A stretch of 62,244 nucleotides of DNA, counting the filler, from Ionaspis alba (lineage: Eukaryota), in NCBI GenBank assembly GCA_964255285.1. It is 2 parts of 2 records of this genome, joined end to end, with 100 filler letters (N's around TTAATTAATTAA, not from the genome) between each part and the next. Parts side by side here need not be neighbours in the genome. Positions count along the whole stretch, not along the records: positions 1 to 31,077 come from CAXUUL010000110.1; 1 more part is not named here. One strand, given 5' to 3'. Position numbers and translations under genes: made by a program. The notes beneath the pieces are model-generated. The model was given only the letters and a program-made list of their open reading frames with translations, was not told the DNA's origin and did no database searches. Below, piece after piece: positions 13,407 to 28,325 of the stretch. The first letter of the stretch is position 1. The number at the start of each line of letters is the position of its first letter.

Positions 13407-14187
13407 ATGCCGGTCTCGAAGCAGCGCAAGATGGCTGTGGTTGGCAGTCGGGCTGTCGGTAAGCTGCATGCTCCCATCTTGAGATGATCGACGTCCAAGG
13501 ACTAATCATATCCACTATGGCGCAGGCAAATCATCGCTTACCGTCCAATTCGTCGAAGGGCACTTCGTTGAAAGCTACTATCCCACAATCGAGAATACTT
13601 TCAGCCAAGTCATCGAGCACAAAGGTCAAGATTTCGCAACCGAGATTGTGGATACAGCGGGTCAGGTAAGCGCTCAGGATTGCTTTGCCTTTGCCGACCG
13701 GTTCGCCAGCGGGTCGGCCCTGGAAGGAAGTTGTTTCTGATATCGCTCGTTCCTACCGGGCAGGATGAATACAGCATCCTCAACTCGAAGCATTTCATTG
13801 GAATTCATGGCTACATGTTGGTGTACTCGGTCGCCTCGAAGCAATCGTTTGAGATGATTAAGATCATTCGCGAGAAGATCCTCAATCACCTTGTATGTTG
13901 ATTCCTGTCGAGGACATCGTTTCCACTCATCTCATGCATGAGTCCAGGGTGCCGAGTGGGTCCCTCTGGTCATCGTGGGTAACAAAAGCGATCTCAAACC
14001 TGAGCAGCGACAAGTTCCAACAGAGGACGGGCGCAAGCTGGCTGAGGAGTTCAAGTGTGCTTTTACCGAAGCCAGCGCGCGACTCAATTCCAACGTTTCG
14101 AGAGCTTTCCAGCTTATGATTGCCGAAGTGGAGAAGTCACAGAACCCAAGTGAGCCTACAGGAGGAGGGAAGTGCTGCCTGATGTGA
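13407..14187 (+). CDS. RHB1: Rheb small GTPase, 4 exons
   Basis: G1 GSRAVGKS with the Rheb-type Arg, effector YYPTIENTF, DTAGQDEY, NKSD, EASA and CaaX CCLM. Confidence 0.96.
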
Positions 14188-14230
14188 AGGACTTTTGGCA
14201 GCAACGATGCAACGGATAGAGGGGTGCTTC

Positions 14231-14440
14231 GCTCTCAACGACTGGTTTTGGCTTATTCGGTTCTCAGGATAGAAGCTTTATAGACNNNNNNNNNNNNNNN
14301 NNNNNNNNNNNNNNNNNNNNNNNNNNNNNNNNNNNNNNNNNNNNNNNNNNNNNNNNNNNNNNNNNNNNNNNNNNNNNNNNNNNNNGCTCTCAACGACTGG
14401 TTTTGGCTTATTCGGTTCTCAGGATAGAAGCTTTATAGAC
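14231..14440. repeat. 55-bp direct duplication flanking a 100-N gap (assembly artefact)
   Basis: 14231-14285 is identical to 14386-14440; the same pattern occurs at 17469-17678 and 23956-24165. Confidence 0.9.
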
Positions 14441-15078
14441 GCGGAGTTTTGATGGAGCAATTGCCATGGCCCACGCAGCGTTATTGTATAGTACGGAGTA
14501 TCTTTAGATAGGGCCCTAGGTTCGGTATACCACGTCTATCTTTCCCAAATACTGCCTTTTGACACTTCCGTCGCCTGGCATACCTCGACAACACTCTCCC
14601 GAATGACCCCCTTCCCAACCAATTTACCATTTGGATATGCGTCACCTAATTGAGTTGCAGGCACTGACTTACCGATACGGTACTAATACCTATTCTGTGA
14701 ACCCTCCTTTATTACAATACAAGTTGTCTTTGACTCAATCACCTTACATTGAAATCTTGCCTTTGACCTCATCTATACACTTGTACAAGGGCCAAGGATC
14801 GCATGCACGATCCCTTCCCGCTGCCGAGCATTCCACAAAGCTTATATTATAGCCGAGGAGGCTCATCGCCAAAAAATACTGTAACTTTCATGGTTTCTAG
14901 TGGCTGCTAGCGGTACTAAAGTAGGGCTAAGGCTTGGCAACGGTGACTGATGAAATGAGTCAAGGTGAGTTGAAGAAGCTCTATAAGATCAGGCGTGCCC
15001 GAGTGTCTTGAGTGATTCAACAATCTCTCAAAAACTCGTCGGCAGAGCTGAGTTCTTAACTAGGTTCATTCGTTCACC

Positions 15079-16841
<1,763 letters not shown>

Positions 16842-17758
16842 AGAGATGGCCGCGATGTCAAAATTAGGCACTTTGTTGGTCTATCTACTACGTAAAGATG
16901 GGTCTGGCACTAGAAAACTTAGACGGTATCATGATCAATGACCAAGCATGCGTGCATGGAGGGGTTAGCTTGCCGAAGCACAACATGTGACCGATTATTA
17001 TTGTGGCGCCTGATACTCGACTTGGTAGAGTGCACCGCTTTCGTAATAATCACGTTTTCTTTTTGGTGAGGCAGTGGAATATGTTGGAGAGGAGGAGCGG
17101 TGCAGTACTAGCCCTTGGAGTTGGGGGTAGAGTGCGATTTGCACACTTGGTGGTCACGGCTGCTTTTGTTGTACTTCTGGGGGTAATTGCTTGTTGGAAT
17201 AATTGATCCATTGATGCCTCGGCCGCAGCAGGTAGCGAAGACACGCGACAAGCTAGATGCTGAATGCGTAGCGTAATCATAGTGATCACCAGTACCTCTA
17301 CTGTTCCTTCCATGACGATCTTCGACCCTACTTCCGCCTCCCCAGTCTTAAAAGATGGTCTTCGCATACTTGAATTACTCTATTAATGAACCGCTAATTC
17401 ATGTCGTACCTGTGACTTCGTGCTTCGGATAGATCTAAATGGCATTCACAACGTGAGTGGACAACAACATGCATGCCAACCTCCCAAGCACTTGGCAGCC
17501 ATCATAACCTCCACGTCAGCCTCNNNNNNNNNNNNNNNNNNNNNNNNNNNNNNNNNNNNNNNNNNNNNNNNNNNNNNNNNNNNNNNNNNNNNNNNNNNNN
17601 NNNNNNNNNNNNNNNNNNNNNNNATGCATGCCAACCTCCCAAGCACTTGGCAGCCATCATAACCTCCACGTCAGCCTCATTGCTTGCCTGCTCTGAGCCT
17701 GCTTCATTCCCTAAAGCACACTTTCCGAACTCCTGCTGCTTTCTCAGTCAGGAGAAAC

Positions 17759-19516
17759 ATGGAAGTCAAGGCCGACCGACCCTCTTGTCCCTTTTGTGCT
17801 TTTACCGCCGCCTCAGACAGCCAGAATGATATGTATTTTCTAATGCAACACCTCGAGCTCTCTCACCCCGAGAATGGAGTCTCTCCATTTATTGCCGTCG
17901 AGGACAACCCGCAATCTCAAGTGGCCACACGATCTAGACCAAATAGTGCAACTTCGAGTAGTACGGCATCCGAATATGAGGAAGAGGACGTCTATGTCCA
18001 ATGCCCCGCCCAGTGCGGCGAGTCTGTGACTCTGGCAGAGCTATCTAGTCACATGGAGCTACACGGTGCCGAAGACATGGCTTCGTTCGATGTGAGAAGC
18101 AGTTCAGGAAGCCGTGACTCCTCTCCCCAACCTTTTCGAAGAAGGTCTTCAAGTGCGGAGCCGAAGGTTCCCCCAAGCCATTCTCTATCCGGGAACGGCT
18201 TGCTCGCTGTCTCATACCCCGCAAGATCTCATAGTCCCAGCACTCGGAAACGGCCCAAAGACTCTTATGGCCTTAAGAATTTGAAAGAATTATTTCTAGG
18301 CCCTGCGCCGAAAAAGCCAAGGATCATTGCTCCCAAACCGACCAACGGGGGAGAAAAACGACTCGGTGTATGTCTTTTCCTCAGGATTCCTTCTAGTACT
18401 GGTTGCTGACCATTATATACAGAAATCGGAGCTTGGCCCTCATGCTTTTGAGGAGCATATGCCAACCTGGCTCTTACAGCAGCTCCAACGTGGTCCTCGG
18501 ATCACCACAGTGAACCAGCTAGACCGAAGTGGACACGTTGTCCGCATCGAAAGTGTAGCGAATGAGACCTCGAACATTCTTCCGGTCTTAGCGCAACTGT
18601 GTGAACAGGACTCTGCACTTTCCAAGGTCTTTCTCTGCCACCCAGGCGTCAAGCATGTGTTCAAGATGGCCCGAGAAGGCGGCTTCTGCGGATATCGAAA
18701 TATCCAGATGATGGTATCTTTCATCCAGGCGACCAAGTTCCCGGGACACGAGCAGTTTCCTGGTCGAACGCCTTCGATCTTGCACCTTCAGGATCTGATC
18801 GAGCAGGCGTGGGATATGGGGATTAATAGTAGTGGGCGAGTGGAGACGGGAGGCATTAAAGGGACGAGGAAATATATTGGCACTCCGGAAGTAAGGGCAT
18901 ATGCGACTATCCTGGTGAATGCCTGCTTATTTTTTCTTAGGCTCAGGCACTGTTCTGCAGTTTGAGGATCGGGTATTTGCGGCGTGAAGATCCTGGGATG
19001 ATCTCTAAGTGACTAACAGATGACCCAGGTGCGAAGCCAGTGCCTTCAACAAGAGCGAAGACACAGCCTTCGTCCACGACTCCGTGCTCCAAGCAATCCT
19101 GCAGTACTTCTCCGCAGGAGTGACAGATCCCTCCCAAAAGGTCTATCAGACCGCTCTCCCACCGATCTATTTCCAGCATCCAGGTACATCGAGCCAGGCC
19201 CCGGTGTTCCGCGCGCTTCGTGCGACTGACTTTTTTGCAGGGCACTCACTCACCATTGTCGGCCTCGAGGTCCGCAAGAGCGGCGCTATGAATCTTCTGG
19301 TACTCGATCCCATGTTCAAGACCTCGCCGGGCATTGCCCGTCTTGTCGGATCCAGGTTTCGGGCTCCTGCACCGGAGAAACTTTTGCGGGCTTATCGGAG
19401 AGGGGATTCTTATCTGCGGAAGTATTCTAGTTTCGAGATTCTCAGGTGCGTTGTCAAGTTCCACGCGGTGGGATGTTTATTCTAAGCCGAAGCATCGCAG
19501 GTTACTTCCTCCGTAG
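17759..19516 (+). CDS. Zn-finger peptidase family C78 (ZUP1/Mug105-like, DUF1671) putative deubiquitinase
   Basis: N-terminal CPFC..H..H and CPAQC..H..H fingers; catalytic GGFCGYRNIQMM; GTRKYIGTPE; PIYFQHPGHS; LVLDP. Confidence 0.8.
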
Positions 19517-20044
19517 GGGACCATGAGGGCCCTGGTAATTGTAATTACGTGGAGTGGTCTTATGGTACAGCCATGAGAGTACGGCTTTGGTTTTCCTGGT
19601 TCGGTTAATGGTCAGCAAAGGCATGCATAGCGAGGCGATGGGCTAATATGGATGACATGAATATTTCTTGAAGCATAGCTAAGGCTTTTACGATACCCCG
19701 ATATGTGTGTACTCGCTCGAGTAAGCTCGTTACACGACCCATCTATAGCTTTGCATGAACAAATGAATGAATTGCCACATGGAAGGTGTCTGCCACCTCT
19801 TTTGAAACAGCTCGCGTTCCTGGATATTCGTGGATATATTGATATGAAATTGTCCAGTAGTCATCTATCGGCTGAATCATCTACCTATAATGAAAAACAA
19901 GCGTCTATGGTCCGTGACTGCAAAGCGTCGGACGGACGATCAAAAGCCACCTGGGGTATCAGAGAGCACCAAACAAGAGACCTCCATCGCGATTCAACGT
20001 ATCCACCATAGTGACTGAAGCCTCCATCGCATTGCAGATCCATC

Positions 20045-22140
20045 TCAAACATCCCCTTCCACTTCAACCACGTCATCCTTACCTCTCCCTTCTTCCTTGA
20101 CTCTCGAAGTCATATAAGCAGCCACGAGCGCCGCCAAACCCCCAAACCTCAGCACCCAGCCCACGCTATCATCACCAGCCACACCCCTCGGTCGTTGCGC
20201 CAGCTTGAAAATCACACTGCTGACCAAAGTAGCGATGATCTGCGGCGCTGCAATCGCCACATTGTGCAGACCCAAGATGACCCCAGCCTGATCTTCACCG
20301 TCTCCCTCCGCCAAATCATCGATCTCTCCTGCGCTGCCTCGTCCTGCGTTACGTGCTCGGCGTGCGGCATCTCGCTTGCTGATCTCGGCGCTGATGAGAG
20401 CAAACGGTGCCCAAAGGGAGAGCGCCCATGCGAGACCGACGAGGCCGACCAGTACGGTTGCGGCCGTTGTGGTGGTGATGAAGAAGGTCGCGAACATGCA
20501 TCCGGCGAAAAGAATGTGAGAAAGGAGCCAAGCGCGGCGTAGAGTGAGCCAGGGTATTTGGCAGGCGGACAGGAGGTGGCTGAGGCGAGAGTGCTTTTCT
20601 GGAGATGGTGGGAAGAAGGAAGTCATTGATGCTGACATCGTGGCCGGTGTTCCTGGCGTCGATGGTCGGTTGTGGTGGGAGATGACGGGCTCGGGGGCGC
20701 GGTAGGTCGGGACGATAATGAAGGGGAGGAGCATGTTCGAAGTGAAGGAGGTGATGGCGAAGATCAGGAGTGCGAATGTACCGACACGAGTGGCACGTTC
20801 CCAGGCGTCATCGATTTCTTGAGGTGTCAGATTCGGGTTTTGCTCAAAGTAGGGATTGACGTAGAGTTGACCAATGTAGGTGGTGATGTAGAAAAGGAAA
20901 GGGAACCAGCCGATCCAATTGAAGAATTGCACTTCGCAGACTTTGCGAATCTGAGGAGGCAGGCGTTTCATGGATTCGAAGACCTGCCGGAAGAACGCCA
21001 GAACTCCTCCAGTTTCAAGCGTAGGGGGACCTTCGAGCCGGGGATCGCGTTCGCGGATGTAAAGGCAGGATATAAGCACAGTTCCGCCGAGGGCGAGGCA
21101 AGCTATAACGCACAGGACTTTGAATTGCGTGTTTCCAAAGAATGGCATGATCTTTGGCAGATTGACGTATCCCGAGAGATAACCAAGAACGTTACCGGCC
21201 CCCGTGATGCGTCCTGCCCAAGCATTTGCATCTTCTTGCTGGTGCATTGGTGCGTTGTCGACCATAAAAGCTCGGATGCCAGCCTGAACTAAGGCTCTTG
21301 TAAGCCTCATGATCCCCAAGTCCAGATTGCCTACATACCGGTATTAATCGCAAAGTCTAATATGTATACGAACAAAATGGCAAAACTGATCGCAGCCACC
21401 TTCACTCCGTGCGATTCGGGGTCAGCGCCAAAGACACCAAGGACACCTCTAACAATCTCTCTTGTCCAAGCTAAAGCTAGTAAGGATACGATTGTTGCAG
21501 CAGCACCCGCGAGCATGAAAGGTTTGCGTTTTCCCCACGAAATTCGACAATTGTCGCTTCTAATGCCGACGTATGGCTGGACCAGAGTACCAGACAATGG
21601 GCCCGCAATCCAGACGAAGGCGAGCAGAGACTTGCTCATGCCCAAAGAAAGTAGATATGGCTTGGAAACGTATGTCAGTCGGCGCTAGTACCACATTATT
21701 CGGGGTTGTCATACTGATCCATTAGACAGCTCTACTGCCCATGCGATTTGTAGTCTTGACAACAACGAAGTCAGCATTATGTGGTCTCGGAGAAGGCGAG
21801 ATAACGCCAGAGGGGATCGGGTAGAGTACTCTCACCCTCCTATGCTCAACGTCAGCAAGAAGAGGTACCACACGCTCTTGGATTCTTCTGCCTCCTCATC
21901 GTTCCAGTCGAGAATATCTGCCGGCGTGCCAGGTCTTTGCAGGAAGGCATCTCCATCTTCTGGGTACTGAGGCGATAGGAGAGGCGAGTTCTCGTTCAGT
22001 GGTTCGAAAGACCGTCGGAGCCTACCAGGTGGTGGCGATTGGTATACCAGACCCTGATCGGCCACTGTGGTTTCATAGCCTGGAGGAGGGCTCCTCGTTG
22101 ACTTGAAGTTCGCAGACGATGCGGTTTGGCCATGTGCCAT
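20045..22140 (-). CDS. GPH-family sucrose/alpha-glucoside:H+ symporter (Sut1-like MFS)
   Basis: WIAGPLSGTLVQPYVGIRSD..GKRKPF, VQAGIRAFMVD, QFFNWIGWFPFLFY, GVILGLHNVAIAAPQ; multiple TM segments. Confidence 0.9.
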
Positions 22141-22946
22141 TGAACAACAGTGCCTACACTGCCGATATGATCTTGTATTCTATATGTAACCACTTTATCT
22201 CGGATCTCCGAATTTGGCCAAATCGTGAATCAGAGTTTTGGAGGGAAGTCTCAGAGTCGTATCGGCGAGGTCGAGGGCCTTATGGTCACGGAAAGATGAG
22301 GCGCTTCATGGTCTAGGTCAAGTGTTTGTGGTCGGCTAAACTGGAGTGTGATAGGATCAGCTGAATGAGCTGGCGTAATGTATCAGACCGCCAGAGAGAG
22401 AAGTGAGAGTCGGTAGTGACGAGTATTAGACTCTATGCTGTGAGTAGAAGGAGATGTGTAGCTCTGATCGATTTGGCAGGTAGGAATAAGAAGGAATGTG
22501 GGGGGAAAGTAGGAGGTCTAAGGGTTACGTCTGTTCGGCTGCGGTTGGGTATAACATGAAGGATGGAGTATGACGAAGTTGGGTATTGTAACCCTTGCCG
22601 GCAGCCTAAGAGTCAGAAGGTGAATTCACCCGCATCTAGGATATGCGCAAAATGACGAAAGATGCGCCAAGTGTGATCCCACAGGCGAGGCCCTGGGGCA
22701 GAACCGGGGGTGAAGGAGGGGCACTAAGGGTTTTTGGGGTGTCTTCCACCTACAACAGCAGGTCCAGCCCTATCCCCGGGCGAGCCCGGCGGTCCGGCAA
22801 GGATCATGTGGGGGTGTCCGGGGGCTCACCTAGATTTCCTTACCAATGACCATTTCTACTTTCTTCGAATCAGCGCCGCTTGTCACGTGGTGAGAAGGAA
22901 CGACCTTGGCCAAGTCCCGCCCTTGAGCTCAATATCACTACACAAC

Positions 22947-23730
22947 ATGCCCGCGCTGGTGCTCAACTTCATTACCGGCAATGCAAATAAGCTGGCCGAA
23001 GTGGAGGCTATACTGGGGAATACAATCCAGTTGACCAGTACGGCTTTGGACTTGCCAGAGATACAAGGTACAATCGAGGAAATATCAGCTGACAAATGCC
23101 GACGTGCTGCTGCCGCTGTACGTCGATGGTGCCTGTGTGGTCAGTCACAGTATATAATGAATGACCTCTGTACATAGATCAACGGTCCGGTCTTGGTTGA
23201 AGATACCTGTTTATGCTTCAATGCTCTGAAGGAGTTGCCAGGTCCATACATGTATGCTACAGTTACATACAATCTTGACAAAACTATTTCAAGTACTGTA
23301 GATAACACGTTGATTACAGCAAATGGTTCCTCGAAGCCCTTGGTCATGAAGGCCTCAACAATCTCCTCGTAGCTTACGAAGACAAGTCCGCTCAAGCAGT
23401 CTGCACCTTTGCCTATGCTGAAGGTCCTGGCCACGAGCCTCTCATCTTTCAAGGGAGAACCAATGTCAGTCCTGCATCTTCTCAGTCCAAGGCCCCTTGA
23501 GTAACCAAGTCACAGGGCAAAATAGTACCTGCTAGGGGCCCCACTAACTTTGGTGCGGTACTGAACGTCTCTTGAATACGCATTTCGAGCTGATAATCCT
23601 AGGCTGGGATCCAATATTCGAATACGAGGGCAAGACATATGCCGAGATGGACAAGGTAGAGAAGAACAAGATCTCCCATCGCTTCAAAGCCCTCGAGATG
23701 CTAGAGCGGTGGCTTGAGACACAGGCGTAG
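22947..23730 (+). CDS. HAM1: Inosine triphosphate pyrophosphatase (Ham1/ITPA), 5 exons
   Basis: [53 protein letters not shown]. Confidence 0.96.
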
Positions 23731-23767
23731 GAATGATAGCTGGAGTAGGGTAGCCTAAGACGTCGTT

Positions 23768-24515
23768 TCACGGCGTGTCCTGAGCATTGTCCTGTTTCCA
23801 GTTCTTGATCCAGGCTTCAATCCTCTCGACATTGGCCTCGATGTCGTCAGCATCGTTACTCTGTAGCTCCACCACAATCTCCTCGTCGTAAGATTCCCGC
23901 GCTTCCAAAAGAAGCACTTCCATGATTTCCGTATCGATGTTTTCTTGCAGCTTGGCCTCCGGATATCCTCTTGCCGTCAATCTGTCAAAGAGCTGCGCCG
24001 AATCTGTCCGNNNNNNNNNNNNNNNNNNNNNNNNNNNNNNNNNNNNNNNNNNNNNNNNNNNNNNNNNNNNNNNNNNNNNNNNNNNNNNNNNNNNNNNNNN
24101 NNNNNNNNNNCCTCCGGATATCCTCTTGCCGTCAATCTGTCAAAGAGCTGCGCCGAATCTGTCCGGAGCACCACGACAAGATCGATCCAGCTCTTGGGGA
24201 ATAGGTCACAGGCATGCCAGTCAATAATGTATCCGCCCTCTTGCACTTCATCTTCGATGGCGTCTAGCAGCTATATCGCCAAGGTTTCAGCCATGGAACT
24301 GAGAGGTGACAACCTCCGGGAACACTGACTTTATCTTCGTCCACGATCCAACTCTTGTAGGTGTCGTCCCAGCCATCGTGACACTCGCGTTCCTTGACAG
24401 TCTGGTTGATAGAAAGGTGTTTGAGCCCAGTATTTTGAGCCAGAAGCTCGCAATGACTCGTCTTTCCCACTCCAGGCGTGCCAGTGATGATAATGTTCGG
24501 TTCTTTTCGCGGCAT
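23768..24515 (-). CDS. FAP7: Adenylate kinase 6 (Fap7/hCINAP), interrupted by an assembly gap with duplicated flank
   Basis: NIIITGTPGVGKT P-loop, IIDWHACDLFP..WIDLVVVLR, RGY..KLQENID.EI; the frame is continuous once the 55-bp duplication around 24011-24110 is collapsed. Confidence 0.93.
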
Positions 24516-24966
24516 CGCTAAAAGTCAAGGATTCGATGAAAAGCAGCGAGATATTATTTTAGCACCAGCCAAACCCTAATGAGCGCCAAGGCGGACAGTC
24601 CCTCGTGCAAGTGCTGCAATAATTTATGTTATTCTTCCAACCTTCCATCATCTACTTAGCAGGGTTACAAAATTTTGAGTTCTTCATAGGCATATTACAC
24701 GACTTATCATTCACTTGGGCAATCATTGTTAAGTTGAAAGGTTGTCCGAAAAGTCACGGAATATATAGAACTAGTCGTCTCCCTTAATCTATCGATTTAC
24801 ACTACGAGGCCATTCTCTAATCATTAACGAACCTAGTACACACCCATGCGGCGCGAACAAAAGTCTGGACATCTCTATTAGCGAATCCCACAGCAGATTG
24901 TCCCAACCATTTCTCGAAAAGCGTGACACCATAGTCTGGATGTATCTTTCAGCCAGCCTCAACATC

Positions 24967-27712
24967 TCAGTTGAGCTTCGCAGTCTGCATAGCCTTTGCA
25001 AACATTTCCTTGCAACGAACCCTACTTCCTAGCCTTGCACACAGCAAAAACGCCCCGCTAAGCTTTCGGTGCAGACTGTAAGTCTCCTCTGGCGGAGGAG
25101 CCAGCCTCTCCCTCACCATGACAGGAATAAGTCCTCGTACACGATCAGTGATAGTCTGGTCTCGAAAATCATACACATCAGGCGAGCTGTCCATGAACGG
25201 CTCTGCGAGCGTCAGGATCGAGTCAACGTGTGCGTTCAACATCGTGCGCGATTCGTGCCCCGTCAAATATCCCAATTGGATCGACAAGTCCCGGCAACTG
25301 TCCCTGTCGTTCTGCGATGCTGCGAGTAGAACCCGAATGTAGGGCTGGATGAATTTATCAGGAAAATCTCTAGAAGCGCCAAAGTCCAGAAGTTCAAGTT
25401 TCTGAGAGTCGGAATTGTAAAGGAAATTGGTCCAGTTGGGATCCGTTTGCATGTATTTGAACTCCGTAATCTCTCGAAGGCATAACCGCAGAATGTGCGT
25501 GCCAATCCAATCTTTCTGCTCTTGGGAAAAATGTATTACCTTTGTGACACCGATACCTTCCATGCGCTCCATTGTGAGGACTTGTGGCCCTGAGGCCTCA
25601 GAGATAATGGCTGGTACGACGAAAACTTCCTGGTCGTCTTCGAGAAGAGCCTTGAAACGCTTAGCCGCGTCTGCTTCTCGGAGGTAATCGCACTCCCAAG
25701 CCAACTCCGTCCGAGCATTGGCAATAGTTTTGTCGAGATAAAGACCCTTGGGAAGAAGCCGGGAGGCTGTGAGGAGAATGGAAAGGTTGTTTAGATCAGA
25801 GTCAATGGAGTCGGATACTCCGGGGTATTGGACTTTGACCGCTAAACGCTGGCCGGTGCTTTTGAGGACTGCTCCGTGGACTTGACCAATCGAAGCTGCA
25901 GCCATAGGGACCTCATCAAAAGAAGAAAAGAGGTCTCTCCAGTCCGGACCAAGATTACTGGCAAGCACCTTATTGCGCTGCGAAGCGGGCATGTAGTCGG
26001 CGCTGTCTTGTACACGCTGCAAGACATTGTGGATTGGTGCAGGAAGCATCTTCGAGTCTGATCTTCCCGTTGGCTTTGATTCCTCGCCAGTAGAGTGGAG
26101 TGTCACATACCTTGAAAGCTCATCATCTGACCGAGCTTGAGCGCGGCTCCTCTCATGCGAGACAGCTTGGCCACAAGTCTCTCCATATTACTTTCACTCA
26201 GCATCAGAGAGCCTCTATCCTCGCCCCCCGAACCGGTTGCTCGACGCAAGCTCTCGCCTACGGCGCCGAAGGCCATTGATGTTGCGAGGCCGCCATACTG
26301 CCATAGCCTTCCAAACCTCGACGACGGAACCTTTGATTCATGCATCTGATATGCGGGCTTCGACGTCATTTCATTCACGTCCCGTTGGATCTACGGTACA
26401 TCTGTCAGTTGATCAGTATCTAGGTTGTCTGCACGAAGACGTAGAAGTTTACCTTTGGAGCAGCAGATGTTGAAGAATCAGCATTTTCTGCGATGTCAGC
26501 CGCTAGCTGGTGAATTTCACCTTCATCCTTCTTGACTGACTGGGAGCTTATATCCGAATCCTTGTTTGGTGCTCGCTCAGAGTGAGCTTCCTCATCCGTG
26601 TCTTTAGCAGCTTTACTTTGTTTGAGCGATGCCAGCTCTGGGCCCTGAGGATGTAGATCTTCAGTTTCCCCATTTCTTCTTGTCCCTTTACTCAGGATCC
26701 TGGCTACCCGCGGGCTGTGAAAAATTTCCCCATACATGTCTTCTGGGAGCGAGTCTTGCTGGGGTACAGCCTGGGTTTCCGGCAATTTATGACTCCTTGA
26801 AGTAGACGAGGCAGCGTAATAAACATCCTGGTTGATTCCTTGATCAGGAACGTGCTCATCACCTTCCTGAGCATTTTCCGTTTTCTTTGGAACTTTCACT
26901 CGTGGCAAGGAAGAAAGAACTGGACTCGTCTGCGAGGGTGGTGTATAGTAGACATCCTTCTCCTGATCTACTCGAAGCTCCTCGCCCTCGGCAGAAGCGA
27001 CATCCACGTCCGGCGAGTCTTTAGATGGAGGTTCCGCAGGTCGAGAAGGTATCTGTCGCTCTGACTGGCGTTGCAGATCTCGGGCATGATCAGCTGATAG
27101 TGGCGTGGCCGTCCGGCTAGGTGTAGGTATGCTGCTCCTCCCGGAAACTTGAGGGTTCAGTCCAGGTTTCTCAGAATCCGAGACAGGCTCCTTGACTGGC
27201 ACATGCTGCTGAACTCCCGAAAACACTTCCCCACCACCATTTGAGCCAGGTAATGATGCTCCGGCTGGTGGCACAGTACCGTCGGGTAAAGGATTTGCCT
27301 GAGCGGCTTCTTGCTTCAACTTCAGGTCCTTGTCCGGAGCTGGTTGTATTGAAGCGTTGTCGACGGAACGTTCGTAGAAGTGGTCTTGATCCAATCCATC
27401 CTTTTTCGTTGTGCTACCCTGTAGTCCATACCCATCCTCTCTATTTGGGACCGGCCCATTCGCACTAGATTTTTCTGAAACCCCAGTGTCGGTAGAGAAT
27501 TGCACGCTGGAGCGTTCGTAATGCCGGGCTGTAGGCGATGCAGCTTCCAAGGTGCTCGTCACCTGGTGAGCTCGGTCTCTAAGTAATTTTGCCAGTGACG
27601 AGGTCTTGCTGTAAGTGTCAAGCTCTTGGCTCCGTAGTCTGATATGATTCGAAGCCACCGCACGAGAGGCTTTGAACAATGCCACAGCATCAAGGAGTCG
27701 TTTGCCTGACAT
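24967..27712 (-). CDS. COQ8: ABC1/COQ8 atypical kinase, mitochondrial, 3 exons
   Basis: [24 protein letters not shown] (KxGQ), [48 protein letters not shown]. Confidence 0.95.
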
Positions 27713-28325
27713 GGCAGGATTTATTGACCTGGGTACTATAGACGATCATGCTCTGGATGAGCTAACGCTTCAATGGTGAGTGCATTTGAATTGCCTTGGC
27801 TCTTGCTCCTCGATGAGAAATGTATGAAGTCAGGACCCTCGCCTACCTCTAACGGAGGGCGCTCATACTGGGCATGACTTGCCGACTGTGCAGGATTAAC
27901 GGAGTCCCCTACCAAGCTGCATTTTTAGTGGACTCGCCAACCGTTTCTTTCCCCGTAGTTCTCCACTGATTCCTCAAGCCAAGTAGTCCCGTCCCCGATC
28001 TTGGTGTCCAGCGGGTCAACAGTTTTGCTGACCACTATTACCATCGCCTCTAATGAAACCCTTCCCCGTTGTGCCACTCGATCTATCTATGCTTACTTCG
28101 GCAGTTCCTCCGCGACAACATCGTGTGCTCATAATGCGTTTCTTACTTTTCGAGTGCATAGAACTTGGTGATGCCGGATTTGGTTGTTGAGGACGAGGAG
28201 CGGTTGTGAACATGATAGTCAGTGGCCGTCTGATATCAGCTCCCAGTGGGCATATTCCTATTTTTCCCATCTGCTCTGATTGATAGAGCACCGGCGGAGC
28301 TGGCCTCTTCTTGCAAATACCTGCG

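Noticed and set aside
17050..17367. 105-aa ORF between SerRS and the C78 peptidase
   Set aside because: No recognisable motif or supporting intron structure
22619..22840. RNase MRP, RNase P or SRP RNA assignment
   Set aside because: Diagnostic conserved regions (GAAAGTCCCC, GGAARNUC, SRP helix 8) are not present; kept only as an unassigned candidate
23956..24165. Internal duplication or pseudogenisation of FAP7
   Set aside because: The exact 55-bp duplication around 100 Ns matches other gaps, so it is an assembly artefact
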